A stretch of 64,000 bases of DNA, from contig CAWHTE010000003.1 in assembly GCA_963832165.1 (NCBI GenBank), positions 640,001 through 704,000 on the forward strand, read 5' to 3'. The notes below the pieces were generated by a model. The model did not search any database. It was not told the DNA's origin and saw nothing but the letters and a program-made list of their open reading frames with translations. The translations under genes and the position numbers were made by a program. Positions 28,583 through 39,242 of the stretch are shown here, piece after piece; within the stretch, counting starts at the first letter, position 1; each line of letters begins with the position of its first letter. The DNA comes from an uncultured delta proteobacterium. Lineage in GTDB: Bacteria > Myxococcota_A > UBA9160 > SMWR01.

Positions 28583-29597
28583 ATGGAACTCGACGAGCTC
28601 GAACGCCGGCTCGGCCCCTTCGCGAGGGCGAAGTACGACGACCCCGCGGCACTCGTGAGCGAAGTGCACAAGATGCCCGGGCACGCGGGCTTTGCGTACG
28701 GCTTCACGGTCGAGAGCCGCGGCGCGCGCGAGTCGTGGTTCCTGCGCATCCCGCCGCCGAACGTGCAGTGGCGCGGCACCGCCGACGTGCTGCGACAGGT
28801 GTGCGCGCTCTCCGCGCTCGACGGCACAGAGGTTCCGCATTGTACGGTGAAGTGGAGCGGCGCCGAGCCCGAGTGGTTCGGCTGTCCCTACTTCGTGGTG
28901 CCGAAGCTCTCCGGTGACGTGCTGCGGCTGGGTCCGAACGATTGGGGCACGAAGCTATCGCCGGTGAAGCTGCAGGCGGCGGCGGGGCAGGTGATGCGCG
29001 CGCTCGCGGGCATCCACCGCATCGGGTGGCGCGAGAAGTGCGCCTATCTCGGCGATCCCGTGCCGTTTGCCGAGGACGTCGAGCGATGGGATCGCTTTCT
29101 GCCCAAGCTTGCCGATCCGGAGCGCTTCGCACTGCAGCCGCGCGTGCGCGAGCGGCTGCTCGCGACGCTTGCCGCAGGATGCGCCGATCGGTCTGTTCCA
29201 CGGAGACTTCCAGGTCGCCAACCTGTTCTTCTCGTTCGAGGGCGAGCTGCTCGCCGTGATCGACTGGGAGCTCACCGGGATCGGCGCGACGCTCAACGAC
29301 GTGGGCTGGCTCGCGACGTTCAACACGAAGGCCGCCTGGGACGAGACGCGCGGATCGATGGTTCCGAACGCGGGCTTTCCGAGCGGCGACGAGCTGGTCG
29401 CGCTGTACCAGGACGCATGGGGCGCGCAGCTGCCCGACGTCGGCTGGTTCCGCGCGCTCGCCGCCTACAAGTTCTCGATCATCACGGGCTTCAATCTCGG
29501 TCTGCACCGGCGCGGCAAGCGCCACGACCCGATCTGGGAGATCACCGCGCTCTCGATCGCCCCGCTGCTCGAGCACGCGGCGGAGCTGCTCGGGTGA
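28583..29597 (+). CDS. APH-family phosphotransferase, +1 frameshift at about 29170
   Basis: N-half (GHAGF, PYFVV) and C-half (HGDFQ..N, VIDWE) in different frames; CTTG where CTG restores the frame. Confidence 0.8.
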
Positions 29598-30583
29598 AGC
29601 TCGGCGGGCGAGCCGCGTGGGTCCACGACGCGACTCGACGGGTTCTCCGAGCTGCGCTGGTCGGTGCGGCAATCGCGCCGGGATTCGCTTGCGCCGAGCC
29701 GCTCGTGATCGGCCACCGCGGCGCGAGCGGCGAGCGTCCCGAACATACGCTCGCCGCCTACCAGCTCGCGATCGAGCAGGGTGCCGACTTCATCGAGCCC
29801 GACCTCGTCTCCACGAAGGACGGTGTACTCGTGGCGCGCCACGAGAACGAGATCTCGACCACCACGGACGTCGCGAGGCGCCCCGAGTTCGCGGCGCGGC
29901 GCACCACAAAGACGATCGGTGGGACGAACGTGACGGGCTGGTTCACCGAGGACTTCACGCTGGCGGAGCTCAAGCAGCTGCGCGCCGTCGAGCGCCTGCC
30001 GCAGCTGCGCGGTACGCGCTACGACGGCCAGTTCCCGATCCCGACGCTCCAGGAGATCCTCGACCTCGTCGGTCGGCGTCCGATCGGCATCTATCCCGAG
30101 ACGAAGCATCCGAGCCATTTCGATGCGCTCGGGCTCTCGCTGGAAGAGCCGCTCGTGAAGGCGCTGAATGCGAGCGAGCGGACGGGACCCGGCGCGCGGG
30201 TCTTCATCCAGTCGTTCGATGCCGCCAGCCTGAAGGAGCTGCGCCGCATGACCGATCTGCCGCTCGTCCAGCTGATCTCCGACAGCGCGACCCATCGGGA
30301 CCGGATCACATCCGAGGGCCTCGCGGAGATCGCGGGCTACGCCCGCGGCATCGCCGTTGCCAAGGATCTCGTCACGCCCGACTTGATCCGCCGGGCCAGA
30401 CGCCACGGGCTCCTCGTGCACGTCTGGACCTTCCGCGCCGAGAACGTCTTCCTGCCGGCGGAACTCCGAAACGGTTCAGACCCCAAGGAGCGCGGCGATC
30501 TATGCGGCGAGATTCGGCGCTTCGTGCGACTCGGCATCGACGGCTTCTTCACGGACCACGTCGCGATCGGCCGCGGGTGCTAG
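29594..30583 (+). CDS. glpQ: Glycerophosphodiester phosphodiesterase
   Basis: IGHRGASGERPEHT, IEPDLV, ETKHP, WTFRAEN, GFFTDH. Confidence 0.92.
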   Translation: MKLGGRAAWVHDATRRVLRAALVGAAIAPGFACAEPLVIGHRGASGERPEHTLAAYQLAIEQGADFIEPDLVSTKDGVLVARHENEISTTTDVARRPEFAARRTTKTIGGTNVTGWFTEDFTLAELKQLRAVERLPQLRGTRYDGQFPIPTLQEILDLVGRRPIGIYPETKHPSHFDALGLSLEEPLVKALNASERTGPGARVFIQSFDAASLKELRRMTDLPLVQLISDSATHRDRITSEGLAEIAGYARGIAVAKDLVTPDLIRRARRHGLLVHVWTFRAENVFLPAELRNGSDPKERGDLCGEIRRFVRLGIDGFFTDHVAIGRGC

Positions 30584-31455
30584 GCGATCGGCACCGCGCG
30601 CGACAAGAAAGCGCGCACGGCCTCCGTGAATGCATCGTTGCGGTCGCCGGCCACCATGTGCCCGGCGCCGCCGACGTCGACGTACTGCGCGTTGGGCAGG
30701 TGGGAGAGGAATTCGCGCACTCCCTCGTCGGAGAGGATGTCGCTCTCGCGCCCGCGCACGAGCAGGGTGGGGAGGGTGAGGCGGCGCGCTGCGGCGAACA
30801 GCCGCTCGCGATCGACGATCTCGGCCGGTCCATCGGCGCCCATGAAGCGCGGGTCCCAGTGCCAGAACCACCGGCCGTTCTCTCCGACGCGCAGGTTCTT
30901 CTTGAGCGACTCGAGGTCGCGCGGCCGGCTGCGGTGGCGCGTGTAGTCCGCGATCGCATCGGCCACCTCGTCGAGGCTCGCGTAGCCATCGGGTCGACCG
31001 ACCATGAAGCTCGTGATGCGCTGCGCGCCCTCGGGCTCGATGCGCGGCGCGATGTCGACGAGCACTGCGGCGGACGCGATCGAAATCTCTGCCTCGCCCA
31101 TCGCGAGCAGCGAAGTCAGGCCGCCCAGCGACGCGCCGACGAGCGCGGGCGGTTTCTCGAGCTGCCCGATCACTGCGCACAAGTCGGCTGCGAAGCGCTC
31201 GAGGCGGTAGGGCGTATCTCCGGTGGCCCAGTCGCTCTCTCCGTGTCCGCGCAGATCGAGCGTGATCGAGAGGCGCCCGTCGCGGGCGAGTGCCTCGGCG
31301 GTTCCGCCCCAGGCGTGACGCGTCTGGCCACCGCCGTGCAGGAACACCACGGGGGGTGCGTGCGGATCGCCGCGCGCATCGGCGCGCAGCGTCAGACCGT
31401 CGGCGGCGCGGAAAGCGAGCGGGCGCGGGGTGAGGGAGTCGGAGGCGGGCGACAT
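30580..31455 (-). CDS. Alpha/beta hydrolase
   Basis: LHGGGQTRHAW, GASLGG, AGHMVAGD. Confidence 0.9.
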   Translation of the reverse strand: MSPASDSLTPRPLAFRAADGLTLRADARGDPHAPPVVFLHGGGQTRHAWGGTAEALARDGRLSITLDLRGHGESDWATGDTPYRLERFAADLCAVIGQLEKPPALVGASLGGLTSLLAMGEAEISIASAAVLVDIAPRIEPEGAQRITSFMVGRPDGYASLDEVADAIADYTRHRSRPRDLESLKKNLRVGENGRWFWHWDPRFMGADGPAEIVDRERLFAAARRLTLPTLLVRGRESDILSDEGVREFLSHLPNAQYVDVGGAGHMVAGDRNDAFTEAVRAFLSRAVPIA

Positions 31456-31494
31456 GACCTACAGTGCGAATCCGTTGGAGGGATACCAGATAGC

Positions 31495-32283
31495 ATGGAC
31501 TACGAGAATCTCCGCTGCGAGATTGCCGATGGCGTCGCCACGATCACGCTCAACCGGCCCGACGCGGCCAACGCGATCGATCTTCCGCTCGCGCGCGAGC
31601 TGATGCAGGTCGCGATCCGCTGCGACGAGGATCCGGGCGTCCGCGCGGTGCTGCTCACGGGTGCGGGCAAGATGTTCTGCGCGGGCGGTGACCTCAAAGC
31701 ATTCTCCGCTCAGGGCGACTCGCTGCCGTCGCTGCTCAAGGAGATCACCACGAATCTCCATGCCGCCACGTCGCGCTTCGCGCGCATGTCGGCGCCGCTC
31801 GTCGTCGCGGTGAACGGCACCGCGGCCGGCGCGGGCTTCAGCATCGCGATCTCGGGCGACCTCGTGCTCATGGCGGAGTCTGCGAAGCTCACCATGGCCT
31901 ACACCGCGGCGGGTCTTTCGCCCGACGGCAGCTCGACCTGGTTTCTGCCGCGCCTGATCGGGATGCGCCGAGCGCAGGAGCTCATGCTGACCAACCGGCG
32001 GCTCTCCGCGGCCGAGGCGCTCGCGTGGGGACTCGTGAATCAGGTCGTGCCCGACGCAGAGCTCGCCGCGACCGCGGGCGCGCTCGCCAAGCAGCTCGCC
32101 ACCGGGGCGACGCGCGCGTTCGGCACCGTGAAGAGCCTGCTCGCGAGCACGTACAACGAGTCGCTCGAGACCCAGATGGAGCTCGAGGCGCGCGGGATCG
32201 CCGAGATGGCGCGCAGCGCCGATGGCCGCGAGGGGATCGAGGCGTTCGTGGCGAAGCGCGCGCCGAAGTTCAGCGGCCGCTAG
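31495..32283 (+). CDS. Enoyl-CoA hydratase/isomerase family protein
   Basis: LNRPDAANAI, FCAGGDL, AAGAG, GLSPDG, KRAPKFSG. Confidence 0.92.
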   Translation: MDYENLRCEIADGVATITLNRPDAANAIDLPLARELMQVAIRCDEDPGVRAVLLTGAGKMFCAGGDLKAFSAQGDSLPSLLKEITTNLHAATSRFARMSAPLVVAVNGTAAGAGFSIAISGDLVLMAESAKLTMAYTAAGLSPDGSSTWFLPRLIGMRRAQELMLTNRRLSAAEALAWGLVNQVVPDAELAATAGALAKQLATGATRAFGTVKSLLASTYNESLETQMELEARGIAEMARSADGREGIEAFVAKRAPKFSGR

Positions 32284-32936
32284 CGCGCAGCGTCCCATCC
32301 TCCAGCACGAACACCGTCCGCGTAAGAGCGGTCGCGAGCGACTCGTCGTGCGTCACCACGACCTGGGTGGTTCCGCTGCGCTCTGCGACGCGTTCGATCG
32401 TGCGCCGGACCTCGACCTTCAGCGCGGGATCGAGCGCGCTCGTGGGCTCGTCGTAGAGCAGCACCTTGGGATCGACCATGAGAGCCCGCGCGATCGCCAC
32501 GCGCTGGCGCTGGCCGCCCGAGAGCGCGTCCGGAAACACGCGCTCCTTGTCCGGGAGCTCGAGGTCGCGCAGCAGATCACTCGCGCGCTCGCGCGCTGCG
32601 GCGGCTGCGTGCCCGCGCGCGCGCACGGGCGCGAGCAGCAGGTTGTCGATCACGCGCAGATGCGGGAACAGCTCGAGCGATTGGAACACCATGCCGACCT
32701 TGCCGAGCAGCGGCAGAAGGGTCGGCGCCCCCGTTCACGCGGGTGCCGTCGACTTCGATCGAGCCAGACTCGAAGCCGTCGAGCCCGCACGCACAGCGCA
32801 AGAAGGTCGACTTGCCCGCGCCGCTGCGACCGAGAATCGCGACGAGCGCTCCCGCGGACGCATCGAGCGAGAGGCCGCGCAGCGTCGGCGCGGCAGCACC
32901 CGGGTGGGTCTTGTTGAGCGCCTCGACGCGCATCAT
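32270..32936 (-). CDS. Amino-acid ABC transporter ATP-binding protein, frameshift near 32730
   Basis: Walker A GRSGAGKST in one frame; LSGGQRQR, DEPTSALD, VTHD in another; G5 run at the junction. Confidence 0.85.
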
Positions 32937-34501
32937 CGCGCCACCCCGCGCTGTCCCTGGCCGAGCCGCCGCTCGAGGCGCCGTGCCAGGAACACGAACG
33001 GCAGCCCCACTGCGAGATACCACACCGCCACGACGAGGCCGAGCCCGAGGTGATCGTGGGTGGCGTTCGCGAGCATCGAGTAGGTCTTGGTGAGCTCCGT
33101 GAGCGTCACGACCGAGATCAGCGAGCTGTCCTTGAGCAGCGCGATGAAGTCGTTGGTCATGGGAGGCAGCGAGATGCGCACCGCCTGAGGCAGCACGACG
33201 AAGCGCAGCGCCTGCGCGTGCGCGAGCCCGAGCACGCGCGCAGCGTCGAGCTGTGAGGCGGGTACGCTCGCGAGCCCGGCGCGGTAATTCTCGCTCTCGG
33301 TCGCGGCGTAGTTGAGACCCAGCGCGAGCACCCCCGCTGCGAACGGCGAGAGCGTCACGCCGAGTTCGGGCAGCCCGAAGTAGAGCACCACGAGCTGAAC
33401 GAGCAGCGGCGTGCCGCGGAACAGCTCGACGTAGCCCACCGCGAGTGCCGCGAGCGGCTTCGGCGCGAACGCGCGCGTGCATGCGAGCGCGGCGCCGAGT
33501 GCGATCGCGAGCGCCATCGCGAGCGCGCTCACCACCACGGTTAGCGCGGCTGCGCGCGCGAACGTGCCCGCGTAGGAGGGGTAGCGCGTGAACAGACGCA
33601 CCCAGAACGGCGGTACGTCCGCGAGCGAGGCACGCCAGGCCTCCCACGCGAGCGCCGGGCCGCGCGGATCCGGGTCGTCGTCTCCGAGCAGGCTCGCGGT
33701 CTCCGCGTTCCAGATGCCCCAGCGCTCGTAGATCGCGCGCAGCGTGCCGTCGCGCGCAAGGGCGTCGAGCGCCGCATCGATCGCCTGCAGGAGCGCGGCG
33801 TCGCCGTTGCGGACCGCGATCGCGTAGCGCACCTCTCCGAACGAGTCCGGCAACACCTCCAGATCCGGATCGACGGCGCCGTAGTAGGCGGCGACGGGCT
33901 CGTCGAGCAGCACCGCGTCGGTGCGACCGAGGCGCAGGTCGCGGTAGACGTCGTCCTGGCCGCCCTCGTAGGTCGCCACCTCCGCGCCCGCGGCACGCAG
34001 GATCCGCTCGGCCGCGGCGCCGGGCAGCGTGCCCGCGCGCCGCCCGCGCAATGCCTCGAGCGTGCGCGGCGCATTCGGGTCGCCGCGCCGCACCGTGAGG
34101 CGCTCGGGCGATACGTAGTAGGGTCGGGACAGCAGACAAACGGCGTGTTTATCCGGCGTGTCTTCGAGGCCCGAGAGCGCGAAGTCGAAGTCGCCGCGCG
34201 CGAGCAGATCGAGCAGCTTGTCCCAGGCGCCCTGGTGCATGCGCGCGGTGACACCGAGCTGTGCCGCGAGCGCATTCGCGAGCTCGACTTCGAAGCCGAT
34301 CAGGTGCGCGGGGTCGCTGGGATCGGGGAACTCGAACGGCGCGCCGCCCTGGGCATCGGCGCCCCAGAATAAAACCCCTCGGGTGCGGATCTCCTCGAGT
34401 GTGTCCGCGCGTGCGGTCGCCGCGAGGATCCACAGCAGTGTCACGAAGATGAGGCCTCGTACGCAGATCTTTCCATTGCGCGAGATCCGCGGATCCAACA
34501 T
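32933..34501 (-). CDS. Fused polar amino-acid ABC substrate-binding protein + permease (start uncertain)
   Basis: SBP part (GGAPFEF, GFEVEL); permease part (YVELFRGTPLLVQL, ENYRAG, LKDSSL). Confidence 0.88.
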   Translation of the reverse strand: MLDPRISRNGKICVRGLIFVTLLWILAATARADTLEEIRTRGVLFWGADAQGGAPFEFPDPSDPAHLIGFEVELANALAAQLGVTARMHQGAWDKLLDLLARGDFDFALSGLEDTPDKHAVCLLSRPYYVSPERLTVRRGDPNAPRTLEALRGRRAGTLPGAAAERILRAAGAEVATYEGGQDDVYRDLRLGRTDAVLLDEPVAAYYGAVDPDLEVLPDSFGEVRYAIAVRNGDAALLQAIDAALDALARDGTLRAIYERWGIWNAETASLLGDDDPDPRGPALAWEAWRASLADVPPFWVRLFTRYPSYAGTFARAAALTVVVSALAMALAIALGAALACTRAFAPKPLAALAVGYVELFRGTPLLVQLVVLYFGLPELGVTLSPFAAGVLALGLNYAATESENYRAGLASVPASQLDAARVLGLAHAQALRFVVLPQAVRISLPPMTNDFIALLKDSSLISVVTLTELTKTYSMLANATHDHLGLGLVVAVWYLAVGLPFVFLARRLERRLGQGQRGVAR

Positions 34502-34532
34502 GTTCGTGAATGGCTGCATGGGAGGATTGTTC

Positions 34533-35900
34533 ATGAAGATCGGGCTCAGCGTCCATGGGTTCGTGGCGGTCGGGATCGGCGCGCTGCTCGTTTTCAGCAG
34601 CGCCGCCGTCTCGGGTGCCAAGGAGGAGTCGTTCTCCGACCTCGTGAAGCGTCTGCAGAAGGAGAAGCCGTCGTTCGCGAAGCGCCACAAGACACTGCTC
34701 GGCGAGCGCTACGACATCTCGGATCGCCCGGCCAAGGGCGTCGCGATGTCGAAAGGCAAGCCGGTCCAGGAGGGTGTGCGCGTGAAGCCGCCCAAGGGCA
34801 AGACCTGGGCCGACCTCGCGGCGCTCTCGCCCGAGGAGATCAGGAAGCAGAACCTCTGGCCCGCGGGCTTCTTCCCGCTGCCGCATCCGCATCACGAGGC
34901 GGGCGGCATGGTGTTCCCGCAGAAGCAGATCGACGGGATCAAGGAGCAGACCGACCGCGATCTCACGCGATTCGATCTCGACTTCGATCTGCCCGATCAC
35001 CTGCTGCCCGAGTTCCCGGCGCCGATCTATCTGACCACGCGGCCCGACCTCGGCGACGTGTCGCAGGGCAAGCTCGTCACGCTCGCGAACTTCCAGGAGC
35101 TGTTCGGCGACATCCTCAATCCCAAGCAGCTCGAGGGCCTGCGCCTGTTGCTCACGCCGTTCCCGCAGGCCCAGTTCAACGCGACCGACGATCGCCGCGC
35201 GCTGACCGCACACCAGGGGGTCGCCTGCCTCGATTGTCACTCGAATGGTCACACCAACGCGGCCACCCATACCGTCGGTGACATCCGGCCGAACGAGCAT
35301 CGCCACCGCATCGACACTCCGTCGCTGCGCGGCGTGAACATCCAGCGCCTGTTCGGCTCGCAGCGCGCGATGAAGAGCGTCGAGGACTTCACGGAGTTCG
35401 AGCAGCGCGCCGCCTACTTCGATGGCGACCCGGTCCAGGCACAGAAGAAGGGTGTCAACATCCTCGAGCGTGGCAGCCAGGTGCACTTCATGGCCGAGTT
35501 CCAGTCACTGCTCGACTTCCCGCCCGCGCCGAAGCTCGACGTGTTCGGCGCCCTCGATCGGAAGAAGGCCAGCGAGAGCGAGCTGCGCGGCGAGCAGGTG
35601 TTCTTCGGCAAGGGCCGCTGCAGCAGCTGCCATGCGCCGCCGTACTACACCGACAACACGATGCACAACCTGCAGGTGGAGCGCTTCTTCCAGGAGAAGA
35701 TGATCAACGGTCGCAAGGCATCCGCGGATGGTCCGATCAAGACATTCCCGCTGCGCGGGATCAAGGACTCTCCGCCGTATCTGCACGACGACCGGTTGCT
35801 CACGCTCGAGGACACGGTCGAGTTCTTCAACCTCGTGCTCGGCGTGAAGCTCACCGACGAGGAGAAGAGCGACCTCGTGGCCTTCCTGCGCGTGCTGTAG
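34533..35900 (+). CDS. Periplasmic di-heme cytochrome c peroxidase/MauG-superfamily protein
   Basis: Signal peptide; CLDCH and CSSCH; TPSLRG, PPYLHD; GGAGG RBS. Confidence 0.85.
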   Translation: MKIGLSVHGFVAVGIGALLVFSSAAVSGAKEESFSDLVKRLQKEKPSFAKRHKTLLGERYDISDRPAKGVAMSKGKPVQEGVRVKPPKGKTWADLAALSPEEIRKQNLWPAGFFPLPHPHHEAGGMVFPQKQIDGIKEQTDRDLTRFDLDFDLPDHLLPEFPAPIYLTTRPDLGDVSQGKLVTLANFQELFGDILNPKQLEGLRLLLTPFPQAQFNATDDRRALTAHQGVACLDCHSNGHTNAATHTVGDIRPNEHRHRIDTPSLRGVNIQRLFGSQRAMKSVEDFTEFEQRAAYFDGDPVQAQKKGVNILERGSQVHFMAEFQSLLDFPPAPKLDVFGALDRKKASESELRGEQVFFGKGRCSSCHAPPYYTDNTMHNLQVERFFQEKMINGRKASADGPIKTFPLRGIKDSPPYLHDDRLLTLEDTVEFFNLVLGVKLTDEEKSDLVAFLRVL

Positions 35901-35976
35901 GGCGAGGTTCCTCCGGGTTGACAATCTGCGTTAGGATCCGCTCGTCGCTTCTATTGAGGTGACGATCGGCGCCACC

Positions 35977-36874
35977 ATGCTCCAAGCTCAGCAGATGATC
36001 CTGTTTGCGCGCGTGGTCGACGCGGGCAGCTTCGCCGCCGCGGCGAAGCTGCTCGGGCAGACGCGCGCGGCGGTCTCGAAGCAGATCGCGGCCCTCGAAG
36101 AGCGGATCGGCGCGCAGCTGCTTGCACCGCACGACGCGCTCGATGCACCTGACCGAGATCGGCGCCGAGTTCTACGCGCGCTGCGCGCGGATCTTGCAGG
36201 AGGCCGAGGAGGCGGAGCGCGCGGTGGCGAGTCTGCAGGGCGCACCGCGCGGACTCCTGCGGATCGCCGCGCCGCTCACGTTCGGGCGCCGCTACCTCGC
36301 GCCGCTCGTCGCGCCGTTCCTGGCCGCGCACCCCGAGATCGCGATCGATCTCGTGCTCGAGGACAAGCTCGCAGACGACACTCGCGACGCGTTCGACGTC
36401 GCAATCCGGATCGCGCCGCGCACCGACTCGTCGCTCTCCGCGCGCCGGCTCGCCGACAGCGCGCACGTGGTATGCGGCACGCCCGACTACTTCGCTCGTG
36501 AAGGGGTGCCCGAGTCCCCCGACGATCTACGCCACCATCGATGCCTGATCTACAGCGCGCTGCCCACGCCGCGCCTGTGGCGCTTCCGCGACCGGAAGTC
36601 GATCGGCGTGAAGGGGCCGTTCTCGGTCAATCACGGCGAATCGCTGCGCCGCGCGCTCGTCGACGGGCTCGGAGTGGCCTATCTGCCGCGCTTCATCGTG
36701 GGCGACGACCTCGAGGCGGGCCGTCTCCAGCCGGTGCTCGAAGACTGGGCGTGGTCGGCGCAGAAGGTGTGGGCGGTCGTGCCGCGCCACCGGATCCTCA
36801 CGCCGAAGGTGCGCGCGTTTCTCGAGATGCTCGAGGCGCACTTCTTGCCCGTTCCGCCGTGGGAGCAGAGGTGA
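35977..36874 (+). CDS. LysR-family regulator, +1 frameshift at about 36123
   Basis: HTH GSFAAAA..AVSKQIAALEE; continues HRTTRSMHLTE..GLLRIAAP in the next frame. Confidence 0.88.
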
Positions 36875-37152
36875 GCGGTACCGCGAAGCCGATGCGCATC
36901 CGGCTCTCCGAGGAACGGCGCGAGCAGCTGGTCTTCCTGACTCAGCAGTTCTTTGCGGACGAGCTCGATCGGGAGATCAGCGACTTCCAGGCGGCTCGCC
37001 TGATCGATTTCTTCATCCGGTCGCTCGGGGCGCCCGTCTACAACCAGGCGATTCAGGATGCCAGGGCTGCGGTGCAGGCCAAGCTCGACGACCTCGAAGG
37101 CGAGTTCTACGAGCCCGAGGAGCCGAGGGCCGAGCGCCACCCCAAGGATTGA
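36871..37152 (+). CDS. DUF2164-family protein
   Basis: FFADELDREISDFQA..LGAPVYNQAIQDA; GTGA overlap with the LysR stop. Confidence 0.75.
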   Translation: MSGTAKPMRIRLSEERREQLVFLTQQFFADELDREISDFQAARLIDFFIRSLGAPVYNQAIQDARAAVQAKLDDLEGEFYEPEEPRAERHPKD

Positions 37153-37160
37153 GTTCCCCT

Positions 37161-37511
37161 CTATTTCAGCCGGATCCCCGGGCACACGCGCGCGGCTTCG
37201 GCGAGCGCAGCGGGGTCGCGATGCTCGTCCCAGAACGGCCAGCTGCGGCAGCGTTCCGGGCGCGCGGGATAGATCGAGCAGCTGGCGTGGGGACCGTCAT
37301 CGAGAAATACACAGCGGTGTCCGAGCCCGTCGACGAGCCGGTCGCCGCTGACGGCGACGTAGCGCGAGCGGAACGCGGCCTCGTTCATCCCGAGGTGGGC
37401 GGCGATCCGCGTGACGTCCGCCTGGGTGACGCGGACCGCGCCCTCCGGGCGGGCGCAACAGTTGCCCGAGCGTTGGCAGCGGAAGTGGAACGGAAAGGCC
37501 GTGTCGTGCAC
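37161..37511 (-). CDS. YkgJ-family Cys-cluster protein
   Basis: FRCQRSGNCC, CVFL, CSIYPARPERCRSWPFW, CPGI. Confidence 0.85.
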   Translation of the reverse strand: MHDTAFPFHFRCQRSGNCCARPEGAVRVTQADVTRIAAHLGMNEAAFRSRYVAVSGDRLVDGLGHRCVFLDDGPHASCSIYPARPERCRSWPFWDEHRDPAALAEAARVCPGIRLK

Positions 37512-37540
37512 GCGCAAGCACGGTATCAAATGGGCCGATC

Positions 37541-38932
37541 ATGGCCGATGAGCTGATCTGCATCTCGCCGATCGATGGCAGCGTCGTCACGCGGCGCCCG
37601 TATGCGTCCGAGGCGCAGATCGCGCGTGCGCTCGAGCAGGCGCGCGCGGCGCAGGCGCGTTGGGGTGCGACGCCGCTCGCCGAGCGCGCAGCCCTCTGCA
37701 CGCGCTTCGTCGACGCGTTCGTGGCCGAGCGCGATGTGATCGCGCTCGAGATCACGCTGCAGATGGGGCGGCCGATCGCGCACAGCCCCGGCGAGCTGCG
37801 CGGCTTCGAGGAGCGCGCGCGCGCGATGATCGCGATCGCACCAGAGGCGCTCGCCGACGTGCAGCCCGACGCGAAGCCCGGCTTCACGCGTTTCGTGCGC
37901 CGCGAGCCGCTCGGCGTCGTGCTCACGATCGCCCCCTGGAACTATCCGCTGCTGACCGCGGTCAACTCGGTTGTGCCAGCTCTTCTCGCGGGCAACGCGG
38001 TGATCCTGCGCCACTCCGCGCAGACGCCGCTGTGCGCGGAGCGCTTCCGCACGGCGTTCGCGGCGGCGGGGCTGCCCGACGGCGTGTTCCAGGTGCTCCA
38101 CTGCGATCACGCGGCGACCGAGCGGCTGATCGCATCGCCCGGGATCGACTTCGTCGCGTTCACGGGGTCCGTGGATGCGGGCCGCGCGGTCGCGCGCGCG
38201 GCTGCGCAGCGCTTCATCGGCACGGGCCTCGAGCTCGGCGGGAAGGATCCCGCCTACGTGCGCCCCGACGCCGACCTCGAGTTCGCCGTCGCCGAGCTCG
38301 TCGACGGCGCGTTCTTCAACGCGGGGCAGTCGTGCTGCGGGATCGAGCGCATCTACGTCCACGCCACGATCTACGCGGCGTTCGTGGAGCAGTACGCCGC
38401 TGTGGTGCGCCGCTACGTGCTGGGCGACCCGCGCGACCCCGCTACCACGCTCGGTCCGCTCGTGCGCGCGTCCGCCGCGGATCTCGTGCGCGGTCAGATC
38501 GACGAAGCGATCGCGCTCGGTGCTCGCGCGCTGATCGATCCGCTCGAGTTCGAGCGCGACGCGCAGGGCACGCCCTACTGCGCACCCCAGGTGCTCGTCG
38601 AGGTCCACCACGGGATGCGTGTGATGACCGAAGAGAGCTTCGGCCCCGTGGTCGGAATCGCGCGCGTGGCGAGCGACGACGAGGCGGTCGACCGCATGAA
38701 CGACAGTGAGTTCGGTCTCACCGCGTCGGTATGGACCGCCGACGAACGCGAAGCGCTCGCACTCGGCGCGCGCATCGAGACGGGCACCTTCTTCATGAAC
38801 CGGTGCGACTATCTCGACCCCGCACTCGCGTGGACGGGCGTCAAGAATTCGGGACGCGGATGCTCGCTGTCGCGGATCGGCTTCGAGCAACTCACGCGGC
38901 CGAAATCATTCCACTTGCGCCGCGAGACGTGA
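37541..38932 (+). CDS. Aldehyde dehydrogenase
   Basis: PWNYP, FTGS, LELGGKDP, NAGQSCC, EESFGP. Confidence 0.94.
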   Translation: MADELICISPIDGSVVTRRPYASEAQIARALEQARAAQARWGATPLAERAALCTRFVDAFVAERDVIALEITLQMGRPIAHSPGELRGFEERARAMIAIAPEALADVQPDAKPGFTRFVRREPLGVVLTIAPWNYPLLTAVNSVVPALLAGNAVILRHSAQTPLCAERFRTAFAAAGLPDGVFQVLHCDHAATERLIASPGIDFVAFTGSVDAGRAVARAAAQRFIGTGLELGGKDPAYVRPDADLEFAVAELVDGAFFNAGQSCCGIERIYVHATIYAAFVEQYAAVVRRYVLGDPRDPATTLGPLVRASAADLVRGQIDEAIALGARALIDPLEFERDAQGTPYCAPQVLVEVHHGMRVMTEESFGPVVGIARVASDDEAVDRMNDSEFGLTASVWTADEREALALGARIETGTFFMNRCDYLDPALAWTGVKNSGRGCSLSRIGFEQLTRPKSFHLRRET

Positions 38933-38943
38933 GGCAGCGCGAC

Positions 38944-38964
38944 CCCCGAGGCGAGGCCTCGGGG
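38944..38964. terminator. GC-rich hairpin between convergent genes
   Basis: CCCCGAGGC-GAG-GCCTCGGGG, 9-bp stem; no U-tract. Confidence 0.5.
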
Positions 38965-38978
38965 ACACGCTCGAATGC

Positions 38979-39221
38979 CTACTCGGTCCGGATCCCTTCC
39001 TCGACGGCCGCGGCCGCATCCGCGGCTTCCTTCTTCGTCGCGTCGCTCGCGTCTTCCGCGGCGGCGCTCACGTCCGCAGCGACGTCGGAGGCGAGCTCAA
39101 CCGCCGCCTCGCTGAAGGTCTGCGCCTGCTCGGCGGCGGTATCCGCCGTCTCTTGAGCCTGCTCGCAAGCCACTGCCAGGGCAGCCACAGCAACCAGCAT
39201 TCCCAGCTTCCAGATCCTCAT
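38979..39221 (-). CDS. Small Ala/acidic lipoprotein
   Basis: Lipobox LAVAC after a hydrophobic stretch; GGAGGAG upstream. Confidence 0.65.
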   Translation of the reverse strand: MRIWKLGMLVAVAALAVACEQAQETADTAAEQAQTFSEAAVELASDVAADVSAAAEDASDATKKEAADAAAAVEEGIRTE

Positions 39222-39242
39222 TCATCTCCTCCCCCGCTGAGC

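Noticed and set aside
28508..30583. Apparent 691-aa phosphotransferase-GlpQ fusion
   Set aside because: Artefact of the +1 frameshift at ~29170; the APH C-half ends at 29597 in GTGA overlap with glpQ.
35918..35933. TTGACA and TGAC-N7-GTTA upstream of the LysR gene
   Set aside because: No -10 element at proper spacing and only a weak dyad; not enough to call a promoter or LysR box.
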